A stretch of DNA of 64,000 nucleotides. Origin: Balanoglossus misakiensis. Lineage: Eukaryota; Animalia; Hemichordata. How positions within the stretch are numbered: the stretch's first letter is position 1; each line of letters begins with the position of its first letter. The DNA is taken from contig CM082596.2 in NCBI GenBank assembly GCA_040954595.2, positions 10,716,354 through 10,780,353 of the forward strand, given 5' to 3'. The notes beneath the pieces are model-generated. The model made no database searches. It was not told the DNA's origin and saw only the letters and a list, made by a program, of their open reading frames with translations. Positions 34,601 through 49,600 of this stretch are shown here, piece by piece. The position numbers and the translations under genes are program-made.

Positions 34601-37600
34601 GCAAAGTCGAAAAATTGTCATTTTTGGACGATTTTCGTGCGCCGTGACCCATGATTTTTTTCAAAAAATGCAGAAATTTTGAATTTTCGCAAAGTCGAAA
34701 AATTGTCATTTTTGGAAGATTTTCGTGAGCCGTAACCCATGATTTTTTTCAAAAAAAGCAGAAATTTTGAACTTTCGCAAAGTAGAAAATTTTTTATTTT
34801 TGGACGATTTTCGTGAGCCGTGACCCTGATTTTTTACAAAAAATGCAGAAATTTTGAACTTTCGCAAAGTAGAAAAATAGGCATTTTTGGACGATTTTCG
34901 TGAGCCGTAACGCATGATTTTTTTCAAAAATGCAGAAATTTTGAAATTTTGCAAAGTCGAAAATTTGGCATTTTTGGACGATTTTCGTGAGCCGTAACCC
35001 ATGATTTTTTTCAAAAAAGCAGAAATTTTGAACTTTCGCAAAGTAGAAAAATTTTTATTTTTGGACGATTTTCGTGAGCCGTGACCCTGATTTTTTTCAA
35101 AAAATGCAGAAATTTTGAACTTTCGCAAAGTCGAAAAATTGTCATTTTTGGACGATTTTCGTATGCCGTGACCCATAATTTTTTTCAAAAAATGCAGAAA
35201 TTTTGAATTTTCGCAAAGTAGAAAAATTGTCATTTTTGGAAGATTTTCGTGAGCCGTTACCCATGATTTTTTTCAAAAAATGCAGAAATTTTGAACTTTT
35301 GCAAAGTCGAAAAATTGGCATTTTTGGACGATTTTCGTGAGCCGTAACCCATGATTTTTTTCAAAAAAAAGCAGAAATTTTGAACTTTCGCAAAGTAGAA
35401 AAATTTTTATTTTTGGACGATTTTCGTGAGCCGTGACCCTGATTTTTTTCAAAAAATGCAGAAATTTTGAACTTTCGCAAAGTCGAAAAATTGTCATTTT
35501 TGGACGATTTTCGTGCGCCGTGACCCATGATTTTTTTCAAAAAATGCAGAAATTTTGAATTTTCTCAAAGTAGAAAAATTGTCATTTTTGGAAGATTTTC
35601 GTGAGCCTTGACCAATGATTTTTTTCAAAAAATGCAGAAATTTAGAACTTTTGCAAAGTCAAAAAATTGTCATTTTTGGACTATTTTCGTGAGCCGTAAC
35701 CCACGATTTTTTTCAAAAAATGCAGAAATTTTGAACTTTTACAAAGTCGAAAACTTGGCATTTTTGGACGATTTTCGTGAGCCGTAACCCATGATTTTTT
35801 TCAAAAATGCAGAAATTTAGAACTTTCGCAAAGTAGAAAAATTGTCTTTTTTGGACGATTTTCGTGAGCCGTAACCCTGATTTTTTTCAAAAAATGCTGA
35901 AATTTTGAACTTTCGCAAAGTAGAAAAATTTTTATTTTTGGACGATTTTCGTGAGCCGTGACCCTGATTTTTTTCAAAAAATGCAGACATTTTGAACTTT
36001 CGCAAAGTCGAAAAATTGTCATTTTTGGACGATTTTCGTGCGCCGTAACCCATGATTTTTTTCAAAAAATGCAGAAATTTTGAACTTTTGCAAAGTCGAA
36101 AATTGGCATTTTTGGACGATTTTCGTGAGCCGTAACCCATGATTTTTAAAAAAAAAAGCAGAAATTTTGAACTTTTGCAAAGTCGAAAAATTGTCATTTT
36201 TGGACGATTTTCGTGAGCCGTGACCCATGATTTTTTTCAAAAAATGCAGAAATTTTGAACTTTTGCAAAGTCGAAAAATTGTCATTTTTGGACGATTTTC
36301 GTGAGCCGTAACCCTGATTTTTTTCAAAAAATGCTGAAATTTTGAACTTTCGCAAAGTAGAAAAATTTTTATTTTTGGACGATTTTCGTGAGCCGTAACC
36401 CATGATTTTTTTCAAAAAAAGCAGAAATTTTGAACTTTCGCAAAGTAGAAACATTTTTATTTTTGGACGATTTTCGTGAGCCGTGACCCTGATTTTTTTC
36501 AAAAAATGCAGAAATTTTGAACTTTCGCAAAGTCGAAAAATTGTCATTTTTGGACGATTTTCGTGCGCCGTGACCCATGATTTTTTTCAAAAAATGCAGA
36601 AATTTTGAATTTTCGGAAAGTAGAAAAATTGTCATTTTTGGAAGATTTTCGTGAGCCTTGACCAATGATTTTTTTCAAAAAATGCAGAAATTTAGAACTT
36701 TTGCAAAGTCGAAAAATTGTCATTTTTGGACGATTTTCGTGAGCCGTGACCCATGATTTTTTTCAAAAAAAGCAGAGATTTTTAACTTTTGCAAAGTCGA
36801 AAAATTGTCATTTTTGGACGATTTTCGTGAGCCGTAACCCATGATTTTTTTCAAAAATGCAGAAATTTAGAACTTTCGCAAAGTAGAAAAATTGTCATTT
36901 TTGGACGATTTTCGTGAGCCGTAACCCATGATTTTTTTCAAAAATGCAGAAATTTAGAACTTTCGCAAAGTAGAAAAATTGTCATTTTTGGACGATTTTC
37001 GTGAGCCGTAACCCTGATTTTTTTCAAAAAATGCTGAAATTTTGAACTTTCGCAAAGTAGAAAAAAATTTATTTTTGGACGATTTTCGTGAGCCGTGACC
37101 CATGATTTTTTTTCAAAAAATGCAGAAATTTTGAACTTTTGCAAAGTCGAAAAATTGGCATTTTTGGACGATTTTCGTGAGCCGTAACCCATGATTTTTT
37201 TCAAAAAATGCAGAAATTTTGAATTTTCGCAAAGAATAAAAATTGTCATTTTTGGACGATTTTCGTGAGCCGTAACCCATGATTTTTTTCAAAAAATGCA
37301 AAACTTTTGAACATTTGCAAAGTCGAAAAATTGTCATTTTTGGACGATTTTCATGAGCCGTACCGTGATTTTTTTCAAAAAATGCAGAAATTTTGAACTT
37401 TCGCAAAGTCGAAAAATTTTCATTTTTGGACGATTTTCGTGAGCCTTGACCAATGATTTTTTCAAAAAATGCAGAAATTTAGAACTTTTGCAAAGTAGAA
37501 ATATTGTCATTTTTGGACGATTTTCGTGAGCCGTAACCCATGATTTTTTTCAAAAATGCAGAAATTTAGAACTTTCGTAAAGTAGAAAAATTGTCATTTT

Positions 37601-40600
37601 TGGACGATTTTCGTGAGCCGTAACCCTGATTTTTTTCAAAAAATGCTGAAATTTTGAACTTTCGCAAAGTAGAAAAATTTTTATTTTTGGACGATTTTCG
37701 TGAGCCGTAACCCATGATTTTTTTCAAAAAAGCAGAAATTTTGAACTTTCGCAAACTAGAAACATTTTTATTTTTGGACGATTTTCGTGAGCCTTGACCA
37801 ATGATTTTTTTCAAAAAATGCAGAAATTTAGAACTTTTGCAAAGTCAAAAAATTGTAATTTTTGGACGATTTTCGTGAGCCGTAACCCATGATTTTTTTC
37901 AAAAAAAGCAGAAATTTTTAACTTTTGCAAAGTCGAAAAATTGTCATTTTTGGACGATTTTCGTGAGCCGTAACCCATGATTTTTTTCAAAAATGCAGAA
38001 ATTTAGAACTTTCGCAAAGTAGAAAAATTGTCATTTTTGGACGATTTTCGTGAGCCGTAACCCATGATTTTTTTCAAAAATGCAGAAATTTAGAACTTTC
38101 GCAAAGTAGAAAAATTGTCATTTTTGGACGATTTTCGTGAGCCGTAACCCTGATTTTTTTCAAAAAATGCTGAAATTTTGAACTTTCGCAAAGTAGAAAA
38201 ATTTTTATTTTTGGACGATTTTCGTGAGCCGTGACCCATGATTTTTTTTCAAAAAATGCAGAAATTTTGAACTTTTGCAAAGTCGAAAAATAGGCAATTT
38301 TGGACGATTTTCGTGCGCCGTGACCCATGATTTTTTTCAAAAAATGCAGAAATTTTGAATTTTCGCAAAGTAGAAAAATTGTCATTTTTTGAAGATTTTC
38401 GTGAGCCGTAACCCATGATTTTTTCAAAAAATGCAGAAATTTTGAACTTTTGCAAAGTCGAAAAATTGGCATTTTTGGACGATTTTCGTGAGCCGTAACC
38501 CATGATTTTTTTCAAAAGAAGCAGAAATTTTGAACTTTTGCAAAGTCGAAAAATTGTCATTTTTGGACGATTTTCGTGAGACGTAACCCATGATTTTTTT
38601 CAAAAAATGCAGAAATTTTGAACATTCGCAAAGTCGAAAAATTGTCCTTTTTGGACGATTTTCGTGAGACGTAACCCATGATTTTCTTCAAAAAATGCAG
38701 AAATTTTGAATTTTCGCAAAGAATAAAAATTGTCATTTTTGGACGATTTTCGTGAGCCGTAACCCATGATTTTTTTCAAAAAATGCAAAACTTTTGAACA
38801 TTCGCAAAGTCGAAAAATTGTCATTTTTGGACGATTTTCATGAGCCGTAACCGTGATTTTTTTCAAAAAATGCAGAAATTTTGAACTTTCGCAAAGTCGA
38901 AAAATTTTCATTTTTGGACGATTTTCGTGAGCCTTGACCCATGATTTTTTCAAAAAATGCAGAAATTTAGATCTTTTGCAAAGTAGAAATATTGTCATTT
39001 TTGGACGATTTTCGTGAGCCGTGACCCATGATTTTTTTCAAAAAATGCAGAAATTTAGAACTTTTGCAAAGTCAAAAAATTGTCATTTTTGGACGATTTT
39101 AGTGAGTCGTAACCCATGATTTTTTTCAAAAAATGCAGAAATTTTGAATTTTCGCAAAGAATAAAAATTGTCATTTTTGGACGATTTTCGTGAGCCTTGA
39201 CCAATGATTTATTTCAAAAAATGCAGAAATTTAGAAGTTTTGCAAAGTAGAAAAATTGTCATTTTTGGACGATTTTCGTGAGCCGTGACCCATGATTTTT
39301 TTCAAAAAATGCAGAAATTTAGAACTTTTGCAAAGTCAAAAAATTTTCATTTTTGGAATATTTTCGTGAGCCGTAACCCATGATTTTTTTCAAAAAATGC
39401 AGAAATTTTGAACTTTCGCAAAGTCAAAAAAATGTCATTTTTGGACGATTTTCGTGAGCCTTAACCCATGATTTTTTTCAAAAAATGCAGAAATTTAGAA
39501 CTTTCGCAAAGTAGAAAAATTGTCATTTTTGGACGATTTTCGTGAGCCGTAACCCATGATTTTTTTTCAAAAAATGCAGAAATTTAGAACTTTCGCAAAG
39601 TAGAAAAATTGTCATTTTTGGACGATTTTCGTGACCCGTAACCCATGATTTTTTTTCAAAAAATGCAGAAATTTAGAACTTTCGCAAAGTAGAAAAATTG
39701 TCATTTTTGGACGATTTTCGTGAGCCGTAACCCATGATTTTTTTTCAAAAAATGCAGAAATTTTGAACATTCGCAAAGTCGAAAAATTGTCCTTTTTGGA
39801 CGATTTTCGTGAGACGTAACCCATGATTTTTTTCAAAAAATGCAGAAATTTAGAAGTTTTGCAAAGTAGAAAAATTGTCATTTTTGGACGATTTTCGTGA
39901 GCCGTGACCCATGATTTTTTTCAAAAAATGCAGAAATTTAGAACTTTTGCAAAGTCAAAACATTGTCATTTTTGGACTATTTTCGTGAGCCGTAACCCAT
40001 GATTTTTTTCAAAAAATGCAGAAATTTTGAACTTTCGCAAAGTCAAAAAAATGTCATTTTTGGACGATTTTCGTGAGCCGTAACCCATGATTTTTTTCAA
40101 AAAATGCAGAAATTTAGAACTTTCGCAAAGTCGAAAAATTGTCATTTTTGGACGATTTTCGTGAGCCTTGACCAATGATTTTTTTCAAAAAATGCAGAAA
40201 TTTTGAACTTTCGCAAAGTCAAAAAAATGTCATTTTTGGACGATTTTCGTGAGCCGTAACCCATGATTTTTTTCAAAAAATGCAGAAATTTAGAACTTTC
40301 GCAAAGTCGAAAAATTGTCATTTTTGGACGATTTTCGTGAGCCGTGACCCATGATTTTTTTTCAAAAAATGCAGAAATTTTGAATGTTCGCAAAGTAGAA
40401 AAATTGTCATTTTTGGACGATTTTCGTGAGCCGTAACCCATGATTTTTTTCAAAAAATGCAGAAATTTAGAACTTTTGCAAAGTCAAAAAATTTTCATTT
40501 TGGAATATTTTCGTGAGCCGTAACCCATGATTTTTTTCAAAAAATGCAGAAATTTTTGAACTTTCGCAAAGTCAAAAAAATGTCATTTTTGGACGATTTT

Positions 40601-43600
40601 CGTGAGCCGTAACCCATGATTTTTTTCAAAAATGCAGAAATTTTGAACTTTTGCAAAGTAGAAAAATTGACATTTTTGGACGATTTTCGTGAGTCGTAAC
40701 CGATGATTTTTTTCAAAAAAAGCAGAAATTTTGAACTTTTGCAAAGTCGAAAAATTGTCATTTTTGGACGATTTTCGTGAGCCGTGAGCCATGATTTTTT
40801 TCAAAAAATGCAGAAATTTTCGACTTTCGCAAAGTCGAAAAATTGTCATTTTTGGACGATTTTCGTGAGCCGTGAGCCATGATTTTTTTCAAAAAATGCA
40901 GAAATTTTCGACTTTCGCAAAGTCGAAAAATTGTCATTTTTGGACGATTTTCGTGCGCCGTGACCCATGATTTTTTTCAAAAAATGCAGAAATTTTGAAT
41001 TTTCGCAAAGTTGAAAAATTGTCATTTTTCGAAGATTTTCGTGCGCCGTAACCCATGATTTTTTTCAAAAAATGCAGAAATTTTGAACTTTCGCAAAGTC
41101 AAAAAAATGTCATTTTTGGACGATTTTCGTGAGCCGTAACCCATGATTTTTTTCAAAAAATGCAGAAATTTAGAACTTTCGCAAAGTCGAAAAATTGTCA
41201 TTTTTGGACGATTTTCGTGAGCCTTGACCAATGATTTTTTTCAAAAAATGCAGAAATTTTGAACTTTCGCAAAGTCAAAAAAATGTCATTTTTGGACGAT
41301 TTTCGTGAGCCGTAACCCATGATTTTTTTCAAAAAATGCAGAAATTTAGAACTTTCGCAAAGTCGAAAAATTGTCATTTTTGGACGATTTTCGTGAGCCG
41401 TGACCCATGATTTTTTTTCAAAAAATGCAGAAATTTTGAATGTTCGCAAAGTAGAAAAATTGTCATTTTTGGACGATTTTCGTGAGCCGTAACCCATGAT
41501 TTTTTTCAAAAAATGCAGAAATTTAGAACTTTTGCAAAGTCAAAAAATTTTCATTTTGGAATATTTTCGTGAGCCGTAACCCATGATTTTTTTCAAAAAA
41601 TGCAGAAATTTTTGAACTTTCGCAAAGTAAAAAAAATGTCATTTTTGGACGATTTTCGTGAGCCGTAACCCATGATTTTTTTCAAAAATGCAGAAATTTT
41701 GAACTTTTGCAAAGTAGAAAAATTGACATTTTTGGACGATTTTCGTGAGTCGTAACCGATGATTTTTTTCAAAAAAAGCAGAAATTTTGAACTTTTGCAA
41801 AGTCGAAAAATTGTCATTTTTGGACGATTTTCGTGAGCCGTGAGCCATGATTTTTTTCAAAAAATGCAGAAATTTTCGACTTTCGCAAAGTCGAAAAATT
41901 GTCATTTTTGGACGATTTTCGTGAGCCGTGAGCCATGATTTTTTTCAAAAAATGCAGAAATTTTCGACTTTCGCAAAGTCGAAAAATTGTCATTTTTGGA
42001 CGATTTTCGTGCGCCGTGACCCATGATTTTTTTCAAAAAATGCAGAAATTTTGAATTTTCGCAAAGTTGAAAAATTGTCATTTTTCGAAGATTTTCGTGC
42101 GCCGTAACCCATGATTTTTTTCAAAAAATGCAGAAATTTTGAACTTTTGCAAAGTAGAAAAATTGACATTTTTGGACGATTTTCGTGAGCCGTAACCCAT
42201 GATTTTTTTTCAAAAAAAGCAGAAATTTTGAACTTATGCAAAGTCGAAAAATTGTCATTTTTGGACGATTTTCGTGAGACGTAACACATGATTTTGTTCA
42301 AAAAATGCAGAAATTTTGAACTTTCGCAAAGTCGAAAAATTGGCATTTTTGGACGTTTTTCGTGAGCCGTAACCCATGATTTTTTTCAAAAAATGCAGAA
42401 ATTTTGAATGTTAGCAAAGTAGAAAAATTTTCATTTTTGGACGATTTTCTTGTGTAACCCATGATTTTTTTTAAAAAATGCAGAAATTTAGAATTTTCGC
42501 AAAGTAGAAAAATTGTCATTTTTGGACGATTTTCGTGAGCCGTGACCCATGATTTTTTTCAAAAAATGCAGAAATTTTGAATGTTAGCAAAGTAGAAAAA
42601 TTGTCATTTTTGGACGATTTTCTTGTGTAACCCATGATTTTTTTTTTTTAAATGCAGAAATTTTGAACTTTTTCAAAGTCGATGAATTGTCATTTTTGGA
42701 CGATTTTCGTGAGCCGTAACCCATGATTTTTTTCAAAAAATGCAGAAATTTTGAACATTCGCAAAGTAGAAAAATTGTCATTTTTGGACGATTTTCGTGA
42801 GCCGTGACCCATGATTTTTTTCAAAAAATGCAGAAATTTAGAACTTTTGCAAAGTCAAAAAATTTTCATTTTGGAATATTTTCGTGAGCCGTAACCCATG
42901 ATTTTTTTCAAAAAATGCAGAAATTTTTGAACTTTCGCAAAGTCAAAAAAATGTCATTTTTGGACGATTTTCGTGAGCCGTAACCCATGATTTTTTTCAA
43001 AAATGCAGAAATTTTGAATTTTCGCAAAGTAGAAAAATTGTCATTTTTGGACGATTTTCGTGAGCCTTGACCAATGATTTTTTTCAAAAAATGCAGAAAT
43101 TTAGAACTTTTGCAAAGTCAAAAAATTGTCATTTTTGGACTATTTTCGTGCGCCGTGACCCATGATTTTTTTCAAAAAATACAGAAATTTTGAATTTTCG
43201 CAAAGTAGAAAAATTGTCATTTTTCGAAGATTTTCGTGAGCCGTAACCCATGATTTTTTTCAAAAAATGCAGAAATTTTGAACTTTTGCAAAGTCAAAAA
43301 ATTGTCATTTTTGGACTATTTTCATGAGCCGTAACCCATGATTGTTTTTCAAAAAATGCAGAAATTTAGAACTTTCGCAAAGTAGAAAATTTTTTATTTT
43401 TGGACGATTTTCGTGAGCCGTGACCCTGATTTTTTTCAAAAAATGCAGAAATTTTCGACTTTCGCAAAGTCGAAAAATTGTCATTTTTGGACGCTTTTCG
43501 TGCGCCGTGACCCATGATTATTTTCAAAAAATACAGAAATTTTGAATTTTCGCAAAGTAGAAAAATTGTCATTTTTCGAAGATTTTCGTGAGCCGTAACC

Positions 43601-46600
43601 CATGATTTTTTTCAAAAAATGCAGAAATTTTGAACTTTTGCAAAGTAGAAAAATTGACATTTTTGGACGATTTTCGTGAGTCGTAACCGATGATTTTTTT
43701 CAAAAAAAGCAGAAATTTTGAACTTTTGCAAAGTCGAAAAATTGTCATTTTTGGACGATTTTCGTGAGCCGTGAGCCATGATTTTTTTCAGAAAATGCAG
43801 AAATTTTCGACTTTCGCAAAGTCGAAAAATTGTCATTTTTGGACGATTTTCGTGCGCCGTGACCCATGATTTTTTTCAAAAAATGCAGAAATTTTGAATT
43901 TTCGCAAAGTTGAAAAATTGTCATTTTTCGAAGATTTTCGTGCGCCGTAACCCATGATTTTTTTCAAAAAATGCAGAAATTTTGAACTTTTGCAAAGTAG
44001 AAAAATTGACATTTTTGGACGATTTTCGTGAGCCGTAACCCATGATTTTTTTTCAAAAAAAGCAGAAATTTTGAACTTATGCAAAGTCGAAAAATTGTCA
44101 TTTTTGGACGATTTTCGTGAGACGTAACACATGATTTTGTTCAAAAAATGCAGAAATTTTGAACTTTCGCAAAGTCGAAAAATTGGCATTTTTGGACGAT
44201 TTTCGTGAGCCGTAACCCATGATTTTTTTCAAAAAATGCAGAAATTTTGAATGTTAGCAAAGTAGAAAAATTGTCATTTTTGGACGATTTTCTTGTGTAA
44301 CCCATGATTTTTTTTTAAAAATGCAGAAATTTAGAATTTTCGCAAAGTAGAAAAATTGTCATTTTTGGACGATTTTCGTGAGCCGTGACCCATGATTTTT
44401 TTCAAAAAATGCAGAAATTTTGAATGTTAGCAAAGTAGAAAAATTGTCATTTTTGGACGATTTTCTTGTGTAACCCATGATTTTTTTTTTTTAAATGCAG
44501 AAATTTTGAACTTTTTCAAAGTCGATGAATTGTCATTTTTGGACGATTTTCGTGAGCCGTAACCCATGATTTTTTTCAAAAAATGCAGAAATTTTGAACA
44601 TTCGCAAAGTAGAAAAATTGTCATTTTTGGACGATTTTCGTGAGCCGTGACCCATGATTTTTTTCAAAAAATGCAGAAATTTAGAACTTTTGCAAAGTCA
44701 AAAAATTTTCATTTTTGGAATATTTTCGTGAGCCGTAACCCATGATTTTTTTCAAAAAATGCAGAAATTTTGAACTTTCGCAAAGTCAAAAAATGTCATT
44801 TTTGGACGATTTTCGTGAGCCGTAACCCATGATTTTTTTCAAAAAATGCAGAAATTTTGAACTTTCGCAAAGTCGAAAAATTGTCATTTTTGGACGATTT
44901 TCGTGAGCCGTAACCCATGATTTTTTTCAAAAAATGCAGAAATTTAGAACTTTCGCAAAGTAGAAAAATTGTCATTTTTGGACGATTTTCGTGAGCCGTG
45001 ACCCATGATTTTTTTTCAAAAAATGCAGAAATTTTGAATGTTCGCAAAGTAGAAAAATTGTCATTTTTGGACGATTTTCGTGAGCCGTAACCCATGATTT
45101 TTTTCAAAAAATGCAGAAATTTAGAACTTTTGCAAAGTCAAAAAATTTTCATTTTGGAATATTTTCGTGAGCCGTAACCCATGATTTTTTTCAAAAAATG
45201 CAGAAATTTTTGAACTTTCGCAAAGTAAAAAAAATGTCATTTTTGGACGATTTTCGTGAGCCGTAACCCATGATTTTTTTCAAAAATGCAGAAATTTTGA
45301 ATTTTCGCAAAGTAGAAAAATTGTCATTTTTGGACGATTTTCGTGAGCCTTGACCAATGATGTTTTTCAAAAAATGCAGAAATTTAGAACTTTTGCAAAG
45401 TCAAAAAATTGTCATTTTTGGACTATTTTCGTGAGCCGTAACCCATGATTGTTTTTCAAAAAATGCAGAAATTTATAACTTTCGCAAAGTAGAAAATTTT
45501 TTATTTTTGGACGATTTTCGTGAGCCGTGACCCTGATTTTTTTCAAAAAATGCAGAAATTTTCGACTTTCGCAAAGTCGAAAAATTGTCATTTTTGGACG
45601 CTTTTCGTGCGCCGTGACCCATGATTTTTTTCAAAAAATACAGAAATTTTGAATTTTCGCAAAGTAGAAAAATTGTCATTTTTCGAAGATTTTCGTGAGC
45701 CGTAACCCATGATTTTTTTCAAAAAATGCAGAAATTTTGAACTTTTGCAAAGTAGAAAAATTGACATTTTTGGACGATTTTCGTGAGTCGTAACCGATGA
45801 TTTTTTTCAAAAAAAGCAGAAATTTTGAACTTTTGCAAAGTCGAAAAATTGTCATTTTTGGACGATTTTCGTGCGCCGTGACCCATGATTTTTTTCAAAA
45901 AATGCAGAAATTTTGAATTTTCGCAAAGTTGAAAAATTGTCATTTTTCGAAGATTTTCGTGCGCCGTAACCCATGATTTTTTTCAAAAAATGCAGAAATT
46001 TTGAACTTTTGCAAAGTAGAAAAATTGACATTTTTGGACGATTTTCGTGAGCCGTAACCCATGATTTTTTTTCAAAAAAAGCAGAAATTTTGAACTTATG
46101 CAAAGTCGAAAAATTGTCATTTTTGGACGATTTTCGTGAGACGTAACACATGATTTTGTTCAAAAAATGCAGAAATTTTGAACTTTCGCAAAGTCGAAAA
46201 ATTGGCATTTTTGGACGATTTTCGTGAGCCGTAACCCATGATTTTTTTCAAAAAATGCAGAAATTTTGAATGTTAGCAAAGTAGAAAAATTGTCATTTTT
46301 GGACGATTTTCTTGTGTAACCCATGATTTTTTTTAAAAAATGCAGAAATTTAGAATTTTCGCAAAGTAGAAAAATTGTCATTTTTGGACGATTTTCGTGA
46401 GCCGTAACCCATGATTTTTTTCAAAAAATGCAGAAATTTTGAATGTTAGCAAAGTAGAAAAATTGTCATTTTTGGACGATTTTCTTGTGTAACCCATGAT
46501 TTTTTTTAAAAAATGCAGAAATTTAGAATTTTCGCAAAGTAGAAAAATTGTCATTTTTGGACGATTTTCGTGAGCCGTGACCCATGATTTTTTTCAAAAA

Positions 46601-49600
46601 ATGCAGAAATTTTGAATGTTAGCAAAGTAGAAAAATTGTCATTTTTGGACGATTTTCTTGTGTAACCCATGATTTTTTTTTTTAAAATGCAGAAATTTTG
46701 AACTTTTTCAAAGTCGATGAATTGTCATTTTTGGACGATTTTCGTGAGCCGTAACCCATGATTTTTTTCAAAAAATGCAGAAATTTTGCACATTCGCAAA
46801 GTAGAAAAATTGTCATTTTTGGACGATTTTCGTGAGCCGTGACCCATGATTTTTTTCAAAAAATGCAGAAATTTAGAACTTTTGCAAAGTCAAAAAATTT
46901 TCATTTTTGGAATATTTTCGTGAGCCGTAACCCATGATTTTTTTCAAAAAATGCAGAAATTTTGAACTTTCGCAAAGTCAAAAAATGTCATTTTTGGACG
47001 ATTTTCGTGAGCCGTAACCCATGATTTTTTTCAAAAAATGCAGAAATTTAGAACTTTCGCAAAGTCGAAAAATTGTCATTTTTGGACGATTTTCGTGAGC
47101 CGTAACCCATGATTTTTTTCAAAAAATGCAGAAATTTAGAACTTTCGCAAAGTAGAAAAATTGTCATTTTTGGACGATTTTCGTGAGCCGTGACCCATGA
47201 TTTTTTTTCAAAAAATGCAGAAATTTTGAATGTTCGCTAAGTAGAAAAATTGTCATTTTTGGACGATTTTCGTGAGCCGTAACCCATGATTTTTTTCAAA
47301 AAATGCAGAAATTTTGAACATTCGCAAAGTCGAAAAATTGTCATTTTTGGACGATTTTCGTGAGTCTTAACCCATGATTTTTTTTTTAAAATGCAGAAAT
47401 TTTGAACTTTTTCAAAGTCGATGAATTGTCATTTTTGGACGATTTTCGTGAGCCGTAACCCATGATTTTTTTCAAAAAATGCAGAAATTTTGAACATTCG
47501 CAAAGTCGAAAAATTGTCATTTTTGGACGATTTTCGTGAGTCTTAACCCATGATTTTTTTTTTAAAATGCAGAAATTTTGAACTTTTTCAAAGTCGATGA
47601 ATTGTCATTTTTGGACGATTTTCGTGAGCCGTAACCCATGATTTTTTTTCAAAAAATGCAGAAATTTTGAATTTACCGCAAAGTATAAAAATTGTCATTT
47701 TTGGACGATTTTCGTGAGCCGTAACCCATGATTTTTTTCAAAAAATGCAGAAATTTTGAACTTTCGCAAAGTCAAAAAATGTCATTTTTGGACGATTTTC
47801 GTGAGCCGTAACCCATGATTTTTTTCAAAAAATGCAGAAATTTTGAACTTTCGCAAAGTCGAAAAATTGTCATTTTCGGACGATTTTCGTGAGCCGTAAC
47901 CCATGATTTTTTTCAAAAAATGCAGAAATTTAGAACTTTCGCAAAGTAGAAAAATTGTCATTTTTGGACGATTTTCGTGAGCCGTGACCCATGATTTTTT
48001 TCAAAAAATGCAGAAATTTTGAATGTTCGCAAAGTAGAAAAATTGTCATTTTTGGACGATTTTCGTGAGCCGTAACCCATGATTTTTTTCAAAAAATGCA
48101 GAAATTTTGAACATTCGCAAAGTCGAAAAATTGTCCTTTTTGGACGATTTTCGTGAGCCGTAACCCATGATTTTTTTCAAAAAATGCAGAAATTTTGAAC
48201 ATTCGCAAATTCGAAAAATTGTCCTTTTTGGACGATTTTCGTGAGACGTAACCCATGATTTTTTTCAAAAAATGCAGAAATTTTGAACTTTCGCAAAGTC
48301 GAAAAATTGTCATTTTGGACGATTTTAGTGAGCCGTAACCCATGATTTTTTTCAAAAATGCAGAAATTTTGAATTTTCGCAAAGTAGAAAAATTGTCATT
48401 TTTGGACGATTTTCGTGAGCCGTAACCCATGATTTTTTTCAAAAAATGCAGAAATTTTGAACATTCGCAAAGTCGAAAAATTGTCATTTTAGAACGATAT
48501 TCGTGAGCCGTAACCCATGATTTTTTCAAAAAATGCAGAAATTTTGAACTTTCGCAAAGTCGAAAAATTGTCATTTTGGACGATTTTAGTGAGCCGTAAC
48601 CCATGATTTTTTTCAAAAATGCAGAAATTTTGAATTTTCGCAAAGTAGAAAAATTGTCATTTTAGAACGATATTCGTGAGCCGTAACCCATGATTTTTTC
48701 AAAAAATGCAGAAATTTTGAACTTTTGCAAAGTCGAAAAATTGTCATTTTTGGACGATTTTCGTGAGCCGTAACCCATGATTTTTTTCAAAAAATGCAGA
48801 AATTTTGAACTTTCGCAAAGTCAAAAAATGTCATTTTTGGACGATTTTCGTGAGCCGTAACCCATGATTTTTTTCAAAAAATGCAGAAATTTTGAACTTT
48901 CGCAAAGTCGAAAAATTGTCATTTTCGGACGATTTTCGTGAGCCGTAACCCATGATTTTTTTCAAAAAATGCAGAAATTTTGAATGTTCGCAAAGTAGAA
49001 AAATTGTCATTTTTGGACGATTTTCGTGAGCCGTAACCCATGATTTTTTTCAAAAAATGCAGAAATTTTGAACATTCGCAAAGTCGAAAAATTGTCATTT
49101 TTGGACGATTTTCGTGAGTCTTAACCCATGATTTTTTTTTTAAAATGCAGAAATTTTGAACTTTTTCAAAGTCGATGAATTGTCATTTTTGGACGATTTT
49201 CGTGAGCCGTAACCCATGATTTTTTTCAAAAAATGCAGAAATTTTGAAAATTCGCAAAGTCGAAAAATTGTCCTTTTTGGACGATTTTCGTGAGACGTAA
49301 CCCATGATTTTTTTCAAAAAATGCAGAAATTTTGAACTTTCGCAAAGTAGAAAAATTGTCATTTTGGACGATTTTAGTGAGCCGTAACCCATGATTTTTT
49401 TCAAAAATGCAGAAATTTTGAATTTTCGCAAAGTAGAAAAATTGTCATTTTTGGACGATTTTCGTGAGCCGTAACCCATGATTTTTTTCAAAAAATGCAG
49501 AAATTTTGAACATTCGCAAAGTCCAAAAATTGTCATTTTAGAACGATATTCGTGAGCCGTAACCCATGATTTTTTCAAAAAATGCAGAAATTTTGAACTT

